Assembly (NCBI GenBank): GCA_963837985.1 | Contig: CAWIPN010000001.1 | Span: 100,418 to 164,417, forward strand | From: an uncultured Alphaproteobacteria bacterium | Lineage (GTDB): Bacteria; Pseudomonadota; Alphaproteobacteria; Sphingomonadales; Sphingomonadaceae | DNA: 64,000 nucleotides | Reading direction: 5' to 3' | Part shown: piece by piece, positions 21,443 to 32,810 of the stretch | Layout of the letters: each line of letters begins with the position of its first letter | Numbering within the stretch: the first letter of the stretch is position 1 | The notes under the pieces: model-generated | The model's database searches: none | What the model was told of the DNA's origin: nothing | What the model saw: only the letters and a program-made list of their open reading frames with translations | Position numbers and translations under genes: made by a program

Positions 21443-21507
21443 TTCCCCGGCGAAGGCCGGGGTCCAGTACAAAAAGAGAGACTCCGGATCCCGGCGTTGA
21501 CCGGGAC
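21443..21507. repeat. REP/RPE-like palindromic element in the rpsB-tsf spacer
   Basis: TCCCCGGCGAAGGCCGGGGTCCAG hairpin plus a second TCCCGG-CGTTGA-CCGGGA hairpin, resembling alphaproteobacterial palindromic elements. Confidence 0.55.
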
Positions 21508-21516
21508 ACAGTCGAA

Positions 21517-22272
21517 CTAAGCCTCGAGCGTAGCCTCGGCGGGCGGCTCGGCCATTTCGCCGATATCCTCGCCCTTCGACTGCGCCTGGCCGGTCCGGCC
21601 GGCATTCGCAGCCTCGGCGACCGCATCGCAATAGAGTCGAATCGCGCGGCTCGCGTCGTCGTTCCCGGGGACCGGGAAGGCGATCCCGGTCGGGTCGCTG
21701 TTCGAATCGAGGATCGCGACGACCGGAATTCCGAGCGTGTTGGCTTCCTTGACCGCCAGCTCTTCCTTGTTGGTGTCGATGACGAACATCACGTCCGGAA
21801 GACCGCCCATGTCGCGGATTCCGCCCAGCGACTTTTCGAGCTTGTCGCGCTCGCGGGTCAGCTGCAGCACCTCCTTCTTGGTGAGGCCGGTGGTGTCGCC
21901 GGACAGCTGCTCCTCAAGGCTCTTGAAGCGCTTGATGGAGTTGGAAATCGTCTTCCAGTTCGTCAGCATACCGCCGAGCCAGCGATGATTGACGAAATGC
22001 TGTCCGGATGCCTGCGCGCTCTGCGCAATCGCGTCCTGCGCCTGGCGCTTGGTGCCGACGAACAGCACCTTGCCGCCGCGGGCGACCGTCTGCTGGATGA
22101 AATCCATCGCGCGCGCAAACAGCGGTACCGTCTGCGACAGGTCGATGATGTGGACTCCGTTGCGGTCGCCGAAGATGTACGGCTTCATGCGCGGATTCCA
22201 ACGATGGGTCTGGTGGCCGAAATGCGATCCGGCCTCAAGCAACTGCTGCATTGTGACGACAGGTGCCGCCAT
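21517..22272 (-). CDS. rpsB: 30S ribosomal protein S2
   Basis: [43 protein letters not shown]. Confidence 0.98.
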   Translation of the reverse strand: MAAPVVTMQQLLEAGSHFGHQTHRWNPRMKPYIFGDRNGVHIIDLSQTVPLFARAMDFIQQTVARGGKVLFVGTKRQAQDAIAQSAQASGQHFVNHRWLGGMLTNWKTISNSIKRFKSLEEQLSGDTTGLTKKEVLQLTRERDKLEKSLGGIRDMGGLPDVMFVIDTNKEELAVKEANTLGIPVVAILDSNSDPTGIAFPVPGNDDASRAIRLYCDAVAEAANAGRTGQAQSKGEDIGEMAEPPAEATLEA

Positions 22273-22362
22273 TTGACTTCTCCTTCCGGTTCAAACCTCG
22301 GCGGAACAAGTTGATCCCGGATCGAATCCGGGACACCGGTATGTCAGTTCCGCCTGTGGGAT
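22273..22362 (-). promoter_or_regulatory. Structured rpsB leader (putative S2 autoregulatory RNA)
   Basis: About 90 nt between predicted TSS and ATG, with perfect hairpin TCCCGGAT-TCG-ATCCGGGA and GGCGGAAC/GTTCCGCC pairing. Confidence 0.55.
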
Positions 22363-22369
22363 GCGGCGC

Positions 22370-22398
22370 GCCCTAGCCGAACAACGCCGTCAATTCAA
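22370..22398 (-). promoter_or_regulatory. Putative sigma70 promoter of rpsB-tsf
   Basis: TTGAAT-N17-TAGGGC on minus strand. Confidence 0.55.
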
Positions 22399-22503
22399 CT
22401 GCTTCCAGATAGGATCGCCGGCACTCTTGACAAGCGAGAACAAAGCAGGAACATTGTCTCGTCCCGGCGCCGCTTGGACGCCATCAATCAAGGGACGACA
22501 CCG

Positions 22504-22656
22504 ATGCTTGGACCGCTTTTCAGCCTCTTTTTCCTGGCCTGCTTTTGGGTTGCTGGAAGTCTCGGCCTGCAGCTGTTTTACGACAAGCGCAGAGACATCA
22601 TCGCCGCACTTGGCGGGCGGGGCGGATTGAAGAGGATTCCGCGCGCCTGCGCCTGA
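22504..22656 (+). CDS. Small 50-aa single-TM protein of unknown function
   Basis: AAGGGA RBS, ATG, hydrophobic N-half MLGPLFSLFFLACFWVAGSLGLQLF then basic tail. Confidence 0.5.
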   Translation: MLGPLFSLFFLACFWVAGSLGLQLFYDKRRDIIAALGGRGGLKRIPRACA

Positions 22657-23389
22657 CCCCTGCATAGCTGGCAATGCTGAAGGGTATCATCGCCAGGTAC
22701 AGTACGGCGATCGCAAGCAACGTCACCCAGGTGTTGGTGACGAGCGCGGCACCTAGAAGCCCTATTCCCGCAATTGCGAACAGGCGTGAGGAGCGGCGGA
22801 TTCGAAGGCTCGACCAGCTGTAGGTCGGCACGCTGGAAATCATCAAAAGCGCGACGAACAGGATCCACGGCATCGTCACGTACCAGCCGCGGAACAGGTC
22901 CACGCCCGTCACCAGCCACAGGTAAACCGGCACGAAGGCGAGCCCCGCGCCCGCCGGTGCCGGAATTCCGGTGAGAAAGCCCGCCGACTTGTGCGGCTGA
23001 TCGTCGGAATCGATTTTTGCGTTGAAGCGGGCGAGCCGGAGCGCGCAGGCGAGCGCCAGCGCGAGCGAGGCCGTCCATCCGAATTGCGGTGCGGCGGCAA
23101 GCGACCACAGGAACATGACCAGTGCCGGCGCCACTCCGAAAGCGATAACGTCGGACAGGCTGTCGAGCTCGGCGCCAAAGCGGCTGTCCGCCCTCAGCAG
23201 CCGTGCGATGCGCCCATCCATTCCGTCGAGCACGCCTGCGAACACGATCGCGCCAAGCGCTTTTTCCCATTCGCTCCCGATTGCGAAGCGAATACCGGTC
23301 AGCCCGAAACACAGCGCCAGAGCGGTGACGGCGTTGGGGACGAGCGCTCGAAACGGGATTCCCGCCTGCCCCCCCGGCTTTTCAATCAC
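22598..23389 (-). CDS. pssA: CDP-diacylglycerol--serine O-phosphatidyltransferase
   Basis: [38 protein letters not shown]; coupled to psd. Confidence 0.93.
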   Translation of the reverse strand: MIEKPGGQAGIPFRALVPNAVTALALCFGLTGIRFAIGSEWEKALGAIVFAGVLDGMDGRIARLLRADSRFGAELDSLSDVIAFGVAPALVMFLWSLAAAPQFGWTASLALALACALRLARFNAKIDSDDQPHKSAGFLTGIPAPAGAGLAFVPVYLWLVTGVDLFRGWYVTMPWILFVALLMISSVPTYSWSSLRIRRSSRLFAIAGIGLLGAALVTNTWVTLLAIAVLYLAMIPFSIASYAGVRRRRAESSSIRPARQVRR

Positions 23390-24123
23390 TGGCTTCGCCC
23401 GGTCAGCGCCGGCTGGATGCCGATTTGCGCAAGCACCGTCTCTCCGGCGATCGCCCGCTGCCCGAGCAACACCTCGGGCCCGGTGCCCTCGGGAAGGTAG
23501 ACGTCCACTCGGCTTCCGAAGCGGATGAGACCGATGCGCTGGCCGGATTCCACTGCATCGCCCTCGTGGACGAAGGTGAGAATTCGCCGAGCGACCAGTC
23601 CGGCGATCTGAGTCACGGCGATCTGGAAGCCCTCGCCCTCGATCAGGAAGTGCTGTCGCTCATTGTCTTCGCTGGCCTTGTCGAGGTCGGCGTTGAGGAA
23701 CTTGCCGGGTACGTAGGCCATCTTGCGCACTCGCCCGGTCACCGGCGATCGATTGATGTGAACGTCGAACACGCTCATGAAAATCGATACGCGAGTCATC
23801 TCGACGTCCTGCAGTCCGTCCGGACCGACGAGCTCGCGCGGCGGCGGCACCTTCGCAATCATCGTGATTAGTCCGTCGGCGGGAGCGACGATCAGGTCCG
23901 CCCCTTGCGGAGTCGTGCGTATGGGGTCGCGGAAGAAGGCGGCGATCCAGATCGTCAGCCCGACCAGCAACCAGCCCACGAAGTGGCTGAGCCCGCCGTA
24001 GACGACGAGAGTCGCCACCGCGGCAATCAACAGGAACTTGCGGCCCTCGGGGTGGACCGATGGAAATCGCCATTTCGTATTCGTGGTGGCGAGCGGATTG
24101 TCCGGCTTTTCGAGCTCAGGCAT
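23386..24123 (-). CDS. psd: Phosphatidylserine decarboxylase proenzyme
   Basis: [40 protein letters not shown] cleavage motif. Confidence 0.96.
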   Translation of the reverse strand: MPELEKPDNPLATTNTKWRFPSVHPEGRKFLLIAAVATLVVYGGLSHFVGWLLVGLTIWIAAFFRDPIRTTPQGADLIVAPADGLITMIAKVPPPRELVGPDGLQDVEMTRVSIFMSVFDVHINRSPVTGRVRKMAYVPGKFLNADLDKASEDNERQHFLIEGEGFQIAVTQIAGLVARRILTFVHEGDAVESGQRIGLIRFGSRVDVYLPEGTGPEVLLGQRAIAGETVLAQIGIQPALTGRSQ

Positions 24124-24239
24124 GTCGAACGCCCTTATAGACGCGCCACGGCATTAACAATTGCAACAACGACGCGCGGTTGCGTTCATTCGGACGCATC
24201 GCCTATGCGCCCAGCCAATCCCGGCAAAGCAGGACAGAC

Positions 24240-25460
24240 ATGGCCAAGATCAAGGTGAAGAACCCCGTCGTCGAGCTCGACGGCGACGAAATGACTCGAA
24301 TCATCTGGCAGTGGATCCGCGAACGGCTGATCCAGCCCTACCTCGACGTCGAGCTGCTCTACTACGACCTGTCGATCCAGAAGCGCGACGAGACCGATGA
24401 CCAGATCACGGTCGACGCCGCCGAAGCGATCAAGAAGCACGGCGTTGGCGTCAAGTGCGCCACCATCACGCCGGACGAAGCGCGGGTCGAGGAATTCGAT
24501 CTCAAGAAGATGTGGCGCTCGCCCAACGGCACGATCCGCAACATCCTGGGCGGAGTCATCTTCCGCGAGCCGATCGTCATGTCGAACGTCCCGCGCCTGA
24601 TTCCCGGCTGGACGGACCCGATCGTCGTCGGCCGCCACGCATTCGGCGACCAGTACCGCGCCACCGACTTCCTCGTTCCCGGCCCCGGCAAGCTTACGAT
24701 GAAATGGGTCGGCGAAAATGGCGACGAGCTGGACTTCGACATCTTCGACTTCCCCGCATCCGGGGTTGCGATGGGCATGTACAACCTCGACGAGAGCATC
24801 CGCGACTTCGCTCACGCCTGTTTCAACTACAGCCTCAACCGCAAATGGCCGCTGTACCTGTCGACCAAGAACACGATCCTCAAGGCCTATGACGGGCGCT
24901 TCAAGGACCTGTTCCAGGAAATTTACGACAGCGAATACAAGGACAAGTTCGAGAAAGCTGGCATCGAGTACCAGCATCGTCTGATCGATGACATGGTCGC
25001 TTCCGCGCTCAAGTGGAGCGGCAAGTTCGTCTGGGCCTGCAAGAATTACGACGGCGACGTGCAGTCGGACCAGGTCGCGCAGGGCTTCGGGTCCCTCGGG
25101 CTGATGACGTCAGTCCTCATGTCTCCCGACGGCAAGACCGTGGAAGCGGAAGCAGCCCACGGAACCGTCACGCGCCATTATCGTATGCACCAGCAGGGCA
25201 AGGCGACGTCGACCAATCCGATCGCGTCGATCTTCGCCTGGGCCGAAGGGCTCAAGTACCGCGGCAAGTTCGACGACACGCCGGACGTGGTGCGGTTCGC
25301 GGAAACTCTCGAGCAGGTCTGCGTCGAGACGGTGGAAAGCGGCCACATGACCAAGGATCTCGCGATCCTGGTCGGTCCGGATCAGCCGTGGATGACGACG
25401 GAGCAGTTCTTCGAGGCCATCCGCACCAACCTGGAAACGGCGATGGCCGCCTGGGCCTGA
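24240..25460 (+). CDS. icd: NADP-dependent isocitrate dehydrogenase
   Basis: [56 protein letters not shown]. Confidence 0.98.
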   Translation: MAKIKVKNPVVELDGDEMTRIIWQWIRERLIQPYLDVELLYYDLSIQKRDETDDQITVDAAEAIKKHGVGVKCATITPDEARVEEFDLKKMWRSPNGTIRNILGGVIFREPIVMSNVPRLIPGWTDPIVVGRHAFGDQYRATDFLVPGPGKLTMKWVGENGDELDFDIFDFPASGVAMGMYNLDESIRDFAHACFNYSLNRKWPLYLSTKNTILKAYDGRFKDLFQEIYDSEYKDKFEKAGIEYQHRLIDDMVASALKWSGKFVWACKNYDGDVQSDQVAQGFGSLGLMTSVLMSPDGKTVEAEAAHGTVTRHYRMHQQGKATSTNPIASIFAWAEGLKYRGKFDDTPDVVRFAETLEQVCVETVESGHMTKDLAILVGPDQPWMTTEQFFEAIRTNLETAMAAWA

Positions 25461-25473
25461 GCCCGGGAGGAAC

Positions 25474-27087
25474 ATGGTCAGGCAGAAATCAAAGGCGCGG
25501 CTCGAGGTCCGGCGAGCGGAGCTCGGCGACGCCGCGGACATCGTCGATCTCGTCCACCGGAGCTACACCGAGCTCCCCGGCTATAGCGACAGCGAAGTCC
25601 GCGCGCAGATCAATAACTTCGGCGAGGGATGCTTCGTCGCAGAGCTGGACGGGAACATCGTGGGCTATTGCGCCTCGATCCGAGTCCCCGAAAACGTCGC
25701 GCTCACCCCGCACACGTGGCGGGAAATCACTGGCGGCGGCCTCGGTGCACGTCACGATCCCAAGGGCGACTGGCTCTACGGCTACGAAATGTGCGTCGAT
25801 CCGAACGTTCGCGGCCGTCGGCTCGGACGACGCCTGTACGAGGCGCGGCGCGAGCTTGCCGAAAGCATGAGCCTGAAGGGCATCGCCTTCGGCGGCAGGA
25901 TGCCGAACCTCGCGAAAAGCAAGAAGAAGGTCGAAGACGCGCAGGATTACCTGGAGAAGGTCGAAGCCGGACGGATTCACGATCCCGTAATCCGTTTCCA
26001 GCTTGCCAACGGCTTTCAGCCGATCGCTGTCCTGGACGACTACCTTCCCTCCGACCAGCGGTCGATGGGCAAGGCGGCGCTGATGGTCTGGCGCAACCCC
26101 TTCGTCGAGAGCGGCGACGTCAAGCAAGCGGCGCTTGCGCTCGGTGTGGAAAGCGTCCGAATCGCCTGCTGCCAATTCCAGGCCCGCGCCGTCAAGGATT
26201 TCGAGGAATTTCTCGGGAACGTCGAATACTTCGTTGATATTGCTGCGGATTATCGTTCAGACTTCATCCTCTTCCCGGAACTGTTCACGCTCCAGCTGTT
26301 GTCTTTCGAGGAAGGCGAGCTTTCACCCGTCGAGGCGATCGAGAAGCTCTCCACCTACACGCCGCGGATCCGCAAGGCGCTCGCGTCGATGGCGATGAAG
26401 TACAACATCAACATCATCGGCGGTTCGCACCCGACGCGCACCCCCGACGGCGAGATCCAGAACGTGGCCTTCGTCTGCCTTCGCGACGGCGCGGTGCACG
26501 AGCAGGAGAAGATCCACCCGACACCCAACGAGCGTTATTGGTGGAACATCCAGGGCGGCGACAATATCGGCGCCATTCCAACCGACTGCGGCCCAATCGC
26601 AGTCCTCATCTGCTACGATAGTGAGTTCCCCGAAATCGTCCGGCGAGTTGTCGACGAAGGCGCGCAAATCCTGTTCGTCCCCTTCTGCACCGACAATCGG
26701 CAGGGTTACATGCGGGTGCGCTATTGCAGCCATGCTCGCGCGGTCGAAAACCAGTGCTTCGTCGCCATGGCCGGCAACGTCGGCAATCTCCCGAACGTGC
26801 ACAATATGGACATTCAGTACGCACAGAGTGCGATCCTCACCCCGTGCGACTTTCCGTTCGCGCGGGACGGGGTCGCAGCTGAAGCGAGCGACAATGTCGA
26901 GACTCTCACCATCGGTGACGTCAACATGTCGGACCTTCGCTGGGCGCGCGCGGAAGGCACGGTGCGCAACCTCGCCGACCGCCGGTTCGATCTCTACGAT
27001 CTCAGCGTGAAGAAGCGGAAAGGCTCGAAAAAGCCGCCCAAGGGCGAAGCGCCCGAAATCGCTCGTCAGCCGCCCGGCGGAGGCTGA
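25474..27087 (+). CDS. Bifunctional GNAT acetyltransferase / carbon-nitrogen hydrolase (YhcX-like)
   Basis: N-terminal GNAT (LYGYEMCVDP..RGRRLGRRLY); C-terminal nitrilase triad FPEL, EKIH, ICYDSEFPE. Confidence 0.9.
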   Translation: MVRQKSKARLEVRRAELGDAADIVDLVHRSYTELPGYSDSEVRAQINNFGEGCFVAELDGNIVGYCASIRVPENVALTPHTWREITGGGLGARHDPKGDWLYGYEMCVDPNVRGRRLGRRLYEARRELAESMSLKGIAFGGRMPNLAKSKKKVEDAQDYLEKVEAGRIHDPVIRFQLANGFQPIAVLDDYLPSDQRSMGKAALMVWRNPFVESGDVKQAALALGVESVRIACCQFQARAVKDFEEFLGNVEYFVDIAADYRSDFILFPELFTLQLLSFEEGELSPVEAIEKLSTYTPRIRKALASMAMKYNINIIGGSHPTRTPDGEIQNVAFVCLRDGAVHEQEKIHPTPNERYWWNIQGGDNIGAIPTDCGPIAVLICYDSEFPEIVRRVVDEGAQILFVPFCTDNRQGYMRVRYCSHARAVENQCFVAMAGNVGNLPNVHNMDIQYAQSAILTPCDFPFARDGVAAEASDNVETLTIGDVNMSDLRWARAEGTVRNLADRRFDLYDLSVKKRKGSKKPPKGEAPEIARQPPGGG

Positions 27088-28277
27088 GCGGGGCTTTCCA
27101 CCTTCTCCCGGCGGACGCCCAGGCCGATCAGCCGGCCGGGAATGCGCCTCAGGATCGCGAACCGGTCCAGCAGACGAATGAGAAGCGGCGCCTTGCGGAT
27201 CGGTTCCCCGGGCTCGAGCAGCCGCCCGATGATATTGTCCTGCGCAAGCTTCTGCCCTGCCTGGATTATCCGGGTCGGCAACATCCGCCGCTCCTGGACT
27301 TCGTGCAACAGCGGATCGACATCGACGTCGCGTGCAAGCGGGCCGGCGAGGATGTTGGCAGCGGCCACCGCATCCTGAATCGCGAGGTTGATTCCCACGC
27401 CCCCGATCGGGGACATCGCGTGCGCCGCATCCCCGATCGCAAGCAGGCCGGGACGATACCAGCGGGTGAGCCGGTCGAGCGCGACACTGAGCAGCTTCAG
27501 GTCGTCGACGTCGTCGAGGTCTTTGATGTCGATATCGGGAGCCGCCGCATGGACCGCGTCGCGGATGGGTTCGATCCCCTCCTCCTTCAGCCGCTCCGCC
27601 GCGCCCTTGGGGATTACCAGCGCGCATTGCCAATAGTCGCCGCGGTCGATCAGCACGAGGAGCCGCCCGCGCTCGAAGCTACCCCGCAGAGTGTCTCCGC
27701 CGGGCGTCTTGGCGAGCCTGAACCAGAAGACGTCCATCGGCGCACCGAGAGTCTTCACCGGCAGCATGTGAAGCTTTCGGACCAGCGAATCACGCCCGTC
27801 GGCGGCAATGGTCAGCGGGGCTCGCACATCGCTCCCGTCGTGAAGGCGAACCCCGCTCACACCGCCGCCTTCTTCGAGGAATCCCTCGACCGCGGCGTTC
27901 ATCTGCAGGTGGAAACCGGGAAATGCTTTCGCTTCGTCGCGAAGGAAGTCGAGGAAGTCCCACTGCGGCATCATGGCGATGAAGGGTGCTGGCGTGCCGA
28001 GGTGCGACAGGTCACCGATTTTCCACGTGCGCCCGGCAAGCTCCAGCTCCGCGCCCTTGAGCTCACTGTGCGGGCGCTTCAGGAACCGCTTCAGCATCCC
28101 CAACTGGTCGAGGATCTCCATCGTCGAGGGATGCACCGTGTCGCCACGGAAATCGCGAAAGAAGTCGCCGTGCTTCTCCAGCACCTTCACCCGGCACCCG
28201 GCGCGAGCGAAAAGCAGCCCTGTCATCATACCGGCGGGCCCACCGCCGATAACGACCAGGTCGAACCCGGCTTTCAT
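27066..28277 (-). CDS. FAD-dependent oxidoreductase / monooxygenase
   Basis: VIGGGPAG, FRDFRGDTVHPST, AADGRDS, IGDAAHAMSPIGGVGINLAIQDA. Confidence 0.9.
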   Translation of the reverse strand: MKAGFDLVVIGGGPAGMMTGLLFARAGCRVKVLEKHGDFFRDFRGDTVHPSTMEILDQLGMLKRFLKRPHSELKGAELELAGRTWKIGDLSHLGTPAPFIAMMPQWDFLDFLRDEAKAFPGFHLQMNAAVEGFLEEGGGVSGVRLHDGSDVRAPLTIAADGRDSLVRKLHMLPVKTLGAPMDVFWFRLAKTPGGDTLRGSFERGRLLVLIDRGDYWQCALVIPKGAAERLKEEGIEPIRDAVHAAAPDIDIKDLDDVDDLKLLSVALDRLTRWYRPGLLAIGDAAHAMSPIGGVGINLAIQDAVAAANILAGPLARDVDVDPLLHEVQERRMLPTRIIQAGQKLAQDNIIGRLLEPGEPIRKAPLLIRLLDRFAILRRIPGRLIGLGVRREKVESPAQPPPGG

Positions 28278-28324
28278 CTCGCTGTTGCAGTGACAAGCAT
28301 CGCACGCACTGCTTAGAACAGGTC

Positions 28325-30109
28325 ATGGCCGGTGAGCTAGGCGGACACGGACTTCACGACGCGCTGGTGGTGCTCGGCGCCGCCGGCGTCGTCATTCCCG
28401 CGTTCGCACGCTTCCGGATCAGCCCGGTGATAGGATTCATCCTCGTCGGGCTCGCCGTCGGGCCCGCGGGCCTCGGCTCCCTTGCCGGCGATTACACCTG
28501 GCTGTCATTCATCACCATTTCGCAGCGGGATGCGATCGCCCCCTTCGCAGAGCTGGGAATCATCCTGCTCCTGTTCTCCATCGGGCTGGAACTCTCGTTC
28601 CGCCGCTTGTGGGACATGCGGCGGCTGGTTTTCGGAGTCGGCGCTGCCGAGTTGCTTGTCTCGGCGGCGATCATCGCGCTCGTCCTCCACCTGATGGGCC
28701 AGGGCTGGCCGGGCGCGATCGGCCTTGGCCTCGCACTCGCACTGTCGTCCACGTCGCTGGTGATCCCCCTTACCGGCACCCGAAGCCCTGTCGGCCGGTC
28801 GGCGCTGGCGATGCTCCTGTTTGAAGACCTGGCACTGGTTCCGATCGTGTTCGCGCTGGGGGCAATGGCGCCCTATTCCTCGAGCGGGGGCGTGGGGTCG
28901 CTTCTGCTGACGCTGGCGCTTGGGGCTCTTGCCGCGGTTGCGATGCTGCTCGCGGGCCGCCTCCTTCTCCCGCGGCTCTTCGCCCAGGCCGCCCGAACCA
29001 AGAGCCCGGAGCTGTTCCTTGCCGCCTGCCTGCTGGTGGTGATCGTCGCGAGCCTGATTACCACCGCAATCGGCTTTTCCGCGGTCCTTGGCGCGCTGAT
29101 CGCCGAAATCGTCATCGCGGAAACCGATTACCGCGGCGAAGTTGAAGTCATGACGGCACCGGTTCGCGGCCTGGGCCTCGGCATTTTCCTCATCACCGTC
29201 GGGATGAGCGTCAACGTGCGGCTCGTTTACGGGCACTGGCTGGAAGTCGCGGTCGCCGTCGTGGGCGTGCTTGCGGTGAAGGCGGTGGTAACAGGCGGCC
29301 TCCTCCGTCTGGAGGGCGCAAGGCGCGGAGTGGCCGCCGAGGCAGGAGTGCTGATGGCCTCCCCGTCGGAGACCACGCTCATCGTCCTTGGAGCGGCGAC
29401 CGCAGCGGCCCTGATCCTGCCGCAGACTGCAGCCTTCTGGCAGATCGTCACCGCGATCGGCCTGACCATCACACCGCTCCTGGCCTCTCTCGGGCGCGCC
29501 GCCGCCCGCAGGGTCGACAGCGAAATGCCGACTCGAGTGGCTCAGACGCTTCAAGCGGGCGGAACGTCGAAAGTCGTTATTTTCGGCTTCGGCCGGGTCG
29601 GTCGAATGGTCGCGCAGATGCTCGACGCGCACGCGAAGGACTATGTCGCGATCGATTCCGACATCAATTCGGTCGTGGCCGCGGCCGGCGAAGGCTATCC
29701 GACGGTCTACGGCGACGTTGCCCAGCCCGGGCTGATCGAGCGCCTGCGGCGTGGACAGCCGGCGGCGTTCATCCTCACCATGGACAATCCCGTGCTCGTG
29801 GCGCGCCTCACGAAGCGCCTTCGAGAGGCGTTTCCCGACCTGCCGATCGTCGCCCGCGCCCGCGACACGGCGCACGCGGCGCGGCTTTACAAGGCGGGGG
29901 TGACCGACGCGGTCCCCGAAACGCTCGAGGCATCGCTCCAGCTTTCCGAAGCGGCGCTGGTCGATCTCGGCGTCGCGATGGGACCGGTAATCGCGTCTAT
30001 TCATGAGAAGCGCGACGAGTTGCGCGCCCGCATCAAGCAGGAAGCGGACCTGGAGGAAGAGCCGCGCCGGCTCGGGCGGCGGAGTCTTCGGGACTCGGCT
30101 CCGACTTAG
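28325..30109 (+). CDS. KefB/KefC-like CPA2 cation:proton antiporter with TrkA-N domain
   Basis: [26 protein letters not shown], many TMs, FGFGRVG, YGD, ARARD. Confidence 0.88.
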   Translation: MAGELGGHGLHDALVVLGAAGVVIPAFARFRISPVIGFILVGLAVGPAGLGSLAGDYTWLSFITISQRDAIAPFAELGIILLLFSIGLELSFRRLWDMRRLVFGVGAAELLVSAAIIALVLHLMGQGWPGAIGLGLALALSSTSLVIPLTGTRSPVGRSALAMLLFEDLALVPIVFALGAMAPYSSSGGVGSLLLTLALGALAAVAMLLAGRLLLPRLFAQAARTKSPELFLAACLLVVIVASLITTAIGFSAVLGALIAEIVIAETDYRGEVEVMTAPVRGLGLGIFLITVGMSVNVRLVYGHWLEVAVAVVGVLAVKAVVTGGLLRLEGARRGVAAEAGVLMASPSETTLIVLGAATAAALILPQTAAFWQIVTAIGLTITPLLASLGRAAARRVDSEMPTRVAQTLQAGGTSKVVIFGFGRVGRMVAQMLDAHAKDYVAIDSDINSVVAAAGEGYPTVYGDVAQPGLIERLRRGQPAAFILTMDNPVLVARLTKRLREAFPDLPIVARARDTAHAARLYKAGVTDAVPETLEASLQLSEAALVDLGVAMGPVIASIHEKRDELRARIKQEADLEEEPRRLGRRSLRDSAPT

Positions 30110-32758
30110 GCCGGCACCTTTTCCAAAGCGTCCCTGACCGCCTGCAGCGCTTCGTTCGCCTGTCGAACCGTCGGGACCGCCACCCTGCGCCATGTCGGGC
30201 CTGCCGCCGCCGCCCTGCCCGCCCAGCTTTGCGACCGCCGCTTTAACGAGGTCGACCGCGCTGACCTGTTTCGCCAAGTCGTCGGTCACGCCGACCGCGA
30301 CGCTTGCGCGGCCGTCGTTGACGGCAACGATTGCGCCGACGCCCGAGCCGAGCTTCTGCTTCATTTCGTCAACAGTTGAACGCAAGTCCTTGGGATTCAA
30401 GCCTTCGACAACCTGGCCGAGGAATGCGTAGCCGCCGACCTTCTCCGCCGCCGGTCCCTCCGACTTTCCGCCGCCGGTCGCGAGCGCCTTCTTCGCGTCG
30501 GCAAGCTCGCGCTCGAGCCGCTTTCGCTCGTCCACGAGTGCTGCGATCCGCGCCGGGACCTCGTCGGGTGCGCTCTTGAGAGTCGCTGCCGCCTCGCGGA
30601 GCCTCGCCTCGCGCTCGTTCAGCCATTGCCGCGCCGCTTCGCCGGTCAAGGCCTCGATGCGCCGAACGCCCGAGGAAACCGCGCTTTCGGAAGTAATCTT
30701 CAGCAGCTGGATATCGCCAAGCGCGCGAACATGGGTTCCGCCGCACAGTTCGACCGAATAGTCGCCGTCGCTGGTCCGGCCCATCGAGAGCACCCGGACC
30801 TCCTCGCCGTACTTTTCGCCGAACAGCGCCATCGCGCCCGCCTCGATCGCCTCATCGGGGCTCATCAGGCGCGTGGTCACCGGCTGGTTCCCGCGGATCT
30901 GGGCGTTCACCTCGGCTTCCACGGCCTCGATATCATCGCGGCTCATCGCCTGTGGGTGCGAAAAGTCGAATCGGAAGTGATCGGGCGCAACCAGGCTGCC
31001 CTTCTGCGTGACGTGGGTGCCCAGCCGGTGGCGAAGCGCGGCATGCAGCAGGTGCGTTGCGCTGTGGTTGGCGCGGACCCGGTCGCGGCGGCCGGAGTCG
31101 ACCTTCTGCTGGACGACATCGCCCAGCGAAAGCTCGCCGGCTACGATCCTGGTGCGAAGGACATGGAGCCTGCCAAGCGGTTTCGTCGTATCCTCAACGT
31201 CGCCTTCGAAGCCCTTCAGATTCGTCAGCTTTCCGCTGTCGCCGACCTGGCCTCCGCTTTCTCCGTAAAAGGGCGTCTGGTTTAGCAGGATCTGGACCGT
31301 CTGGCCGACCTCTGCGGACTCCACGCGCTGGCCGTCGCGGACCATGGCCAGGACGACGCCCTCGCCTTCGTCGCCCGAATAGCCGGTGAATTCCGTGCTT
31401 CCGAATTCCTCGGCCAGATCGAACCACATTTCGTCCGATGTCGTTTCGCCGGAGCCCTTCCAGGCAGCGCGAGCGGCGGCCTTTTGCTTCGCCATGGCCG
31501 CGTCGAAACCTTCGTGGTCGACGGCAAGCCCGCGGGCTCGGAGCGCGTCCTCGGTCAGGTCGAACGGAAATCCGTAGGTGTCGTAGAGCTTGAACGCCGT
31601 CTCGCCAGACAGCGTACCGCCCTCTCCAAGATCGGCCGTGGCCTCGTCGAGCAGCTTGAGTCCGGTCGCGAGCGTCTGCCGGAAACGCGTTTCCTCCTGC
31701 TTCAGCGTCGCCTCGATGAGCGGCTGCGCGCGCAGCAGCTCAGGGTAAGCGGCGCCCATTTCCGCGACCAGCGCCGGAACCAGCCGGTGCATCAAGGGCT
31801 CCTTGCTTCCCAGGAGGTGCGCGTGGCGCATGGCCCGGCGCATAATGCGGCGCAGAACGTACCCCCTGCCCTCGTTGGCCGGCAGAACTCCGTCGGCGAC
31901 AAGAAAACCGCTGGCGCGCAAATGGTCGGCGATTACGCGATGGCTCGCCTTGTTGTCGCCCTGGGCCTTCGTGTGCGTGAGCTCCTCGCTGGCCTCGATG
32001 AGCGCGCGGAAGAGATCGGTGTCGTAATTGTCGGGCACGCCCTGGAGCACCGCCGCGATCCGCTCCAGGCCCATTCCGGTGTCGATGCTCTTGCTCGGCA
32101 GTTCGGAGACGATTTCGCCCGCCGACTGCTCGTATTGCATGAAGACGAGGTTCCAGATCTCGACGAAGCGATCACCGTCCTCGTCCGGGCTTCCGGGCGG
32201 GCCGCCGGGAATGTGCTCGCCATGGTCGTAGAAGATTTCCGAGCAGGGGCCGCACGGGCCATCGTCGCCCATCGCCCAGAAATTGTCCTTGGTCGGGATC
32301 TTGATGATCCGGCTTTCGGGCAAGCCGGCGATCTTCTTCCACAAGCCGAAGGCTTCGTCGTCGGTGTGATAGACTGTCGCGGTCAGCCGTTCGGGATCGA
32401 GCCCCCACTCCTTCGTGACCAAGGTCCAGGCCAGCTCGATCGCGCGATCCTTGAAATAGTCGCCGAACGAGAAATTGCCGAGCATTTCGAAGAAGGTGTG
32501 GTGACGGGCGGTGTAGCCGACATTGTCGAGGTCGTTGTGCTTGCCGCCGGCGCGGACGCACTTCTGGGAACTGGTCGCGGTCGAATAGGATCGCGTTTCA
32601 AGCCCGGTGAAAACGTTCTTGAACGGGACCATCCCGGCGTTCACGAACATCAGGGTCGGGTCATTGTGCGGGACGAGCGGCGCCGAGGGCACCCGCTCGT
32701 GGCCGTTCTTCGTGAAAAAATCGAGGAAGGAACGGCGGATGTCGTTGGTCGAGGTCAT
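30106..32758 (-). CDS. alaS: Alanine--tRNA ligase with an apparent 1-bp insertion near 30162 in the last ~20 codons
   Basis: [66 protein letters not shown]; shifted frame gives ..[21 protein letters not shown] ending at 30106. Confidence 0.95.
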
Positions 32759-32810
32759 CGCTCTTGCATGTAAATGCGCTGCTGCACTGCGGCAAGCAGC
32801 ACGCTAAGCA

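Noticed and set aside
28505-30105. 1417-aa AlaRS with a novel C-terminal domain
   Set aside because: The extension is the antisense shadow of the antiporter gene, reached only through a 1-bp insertion.
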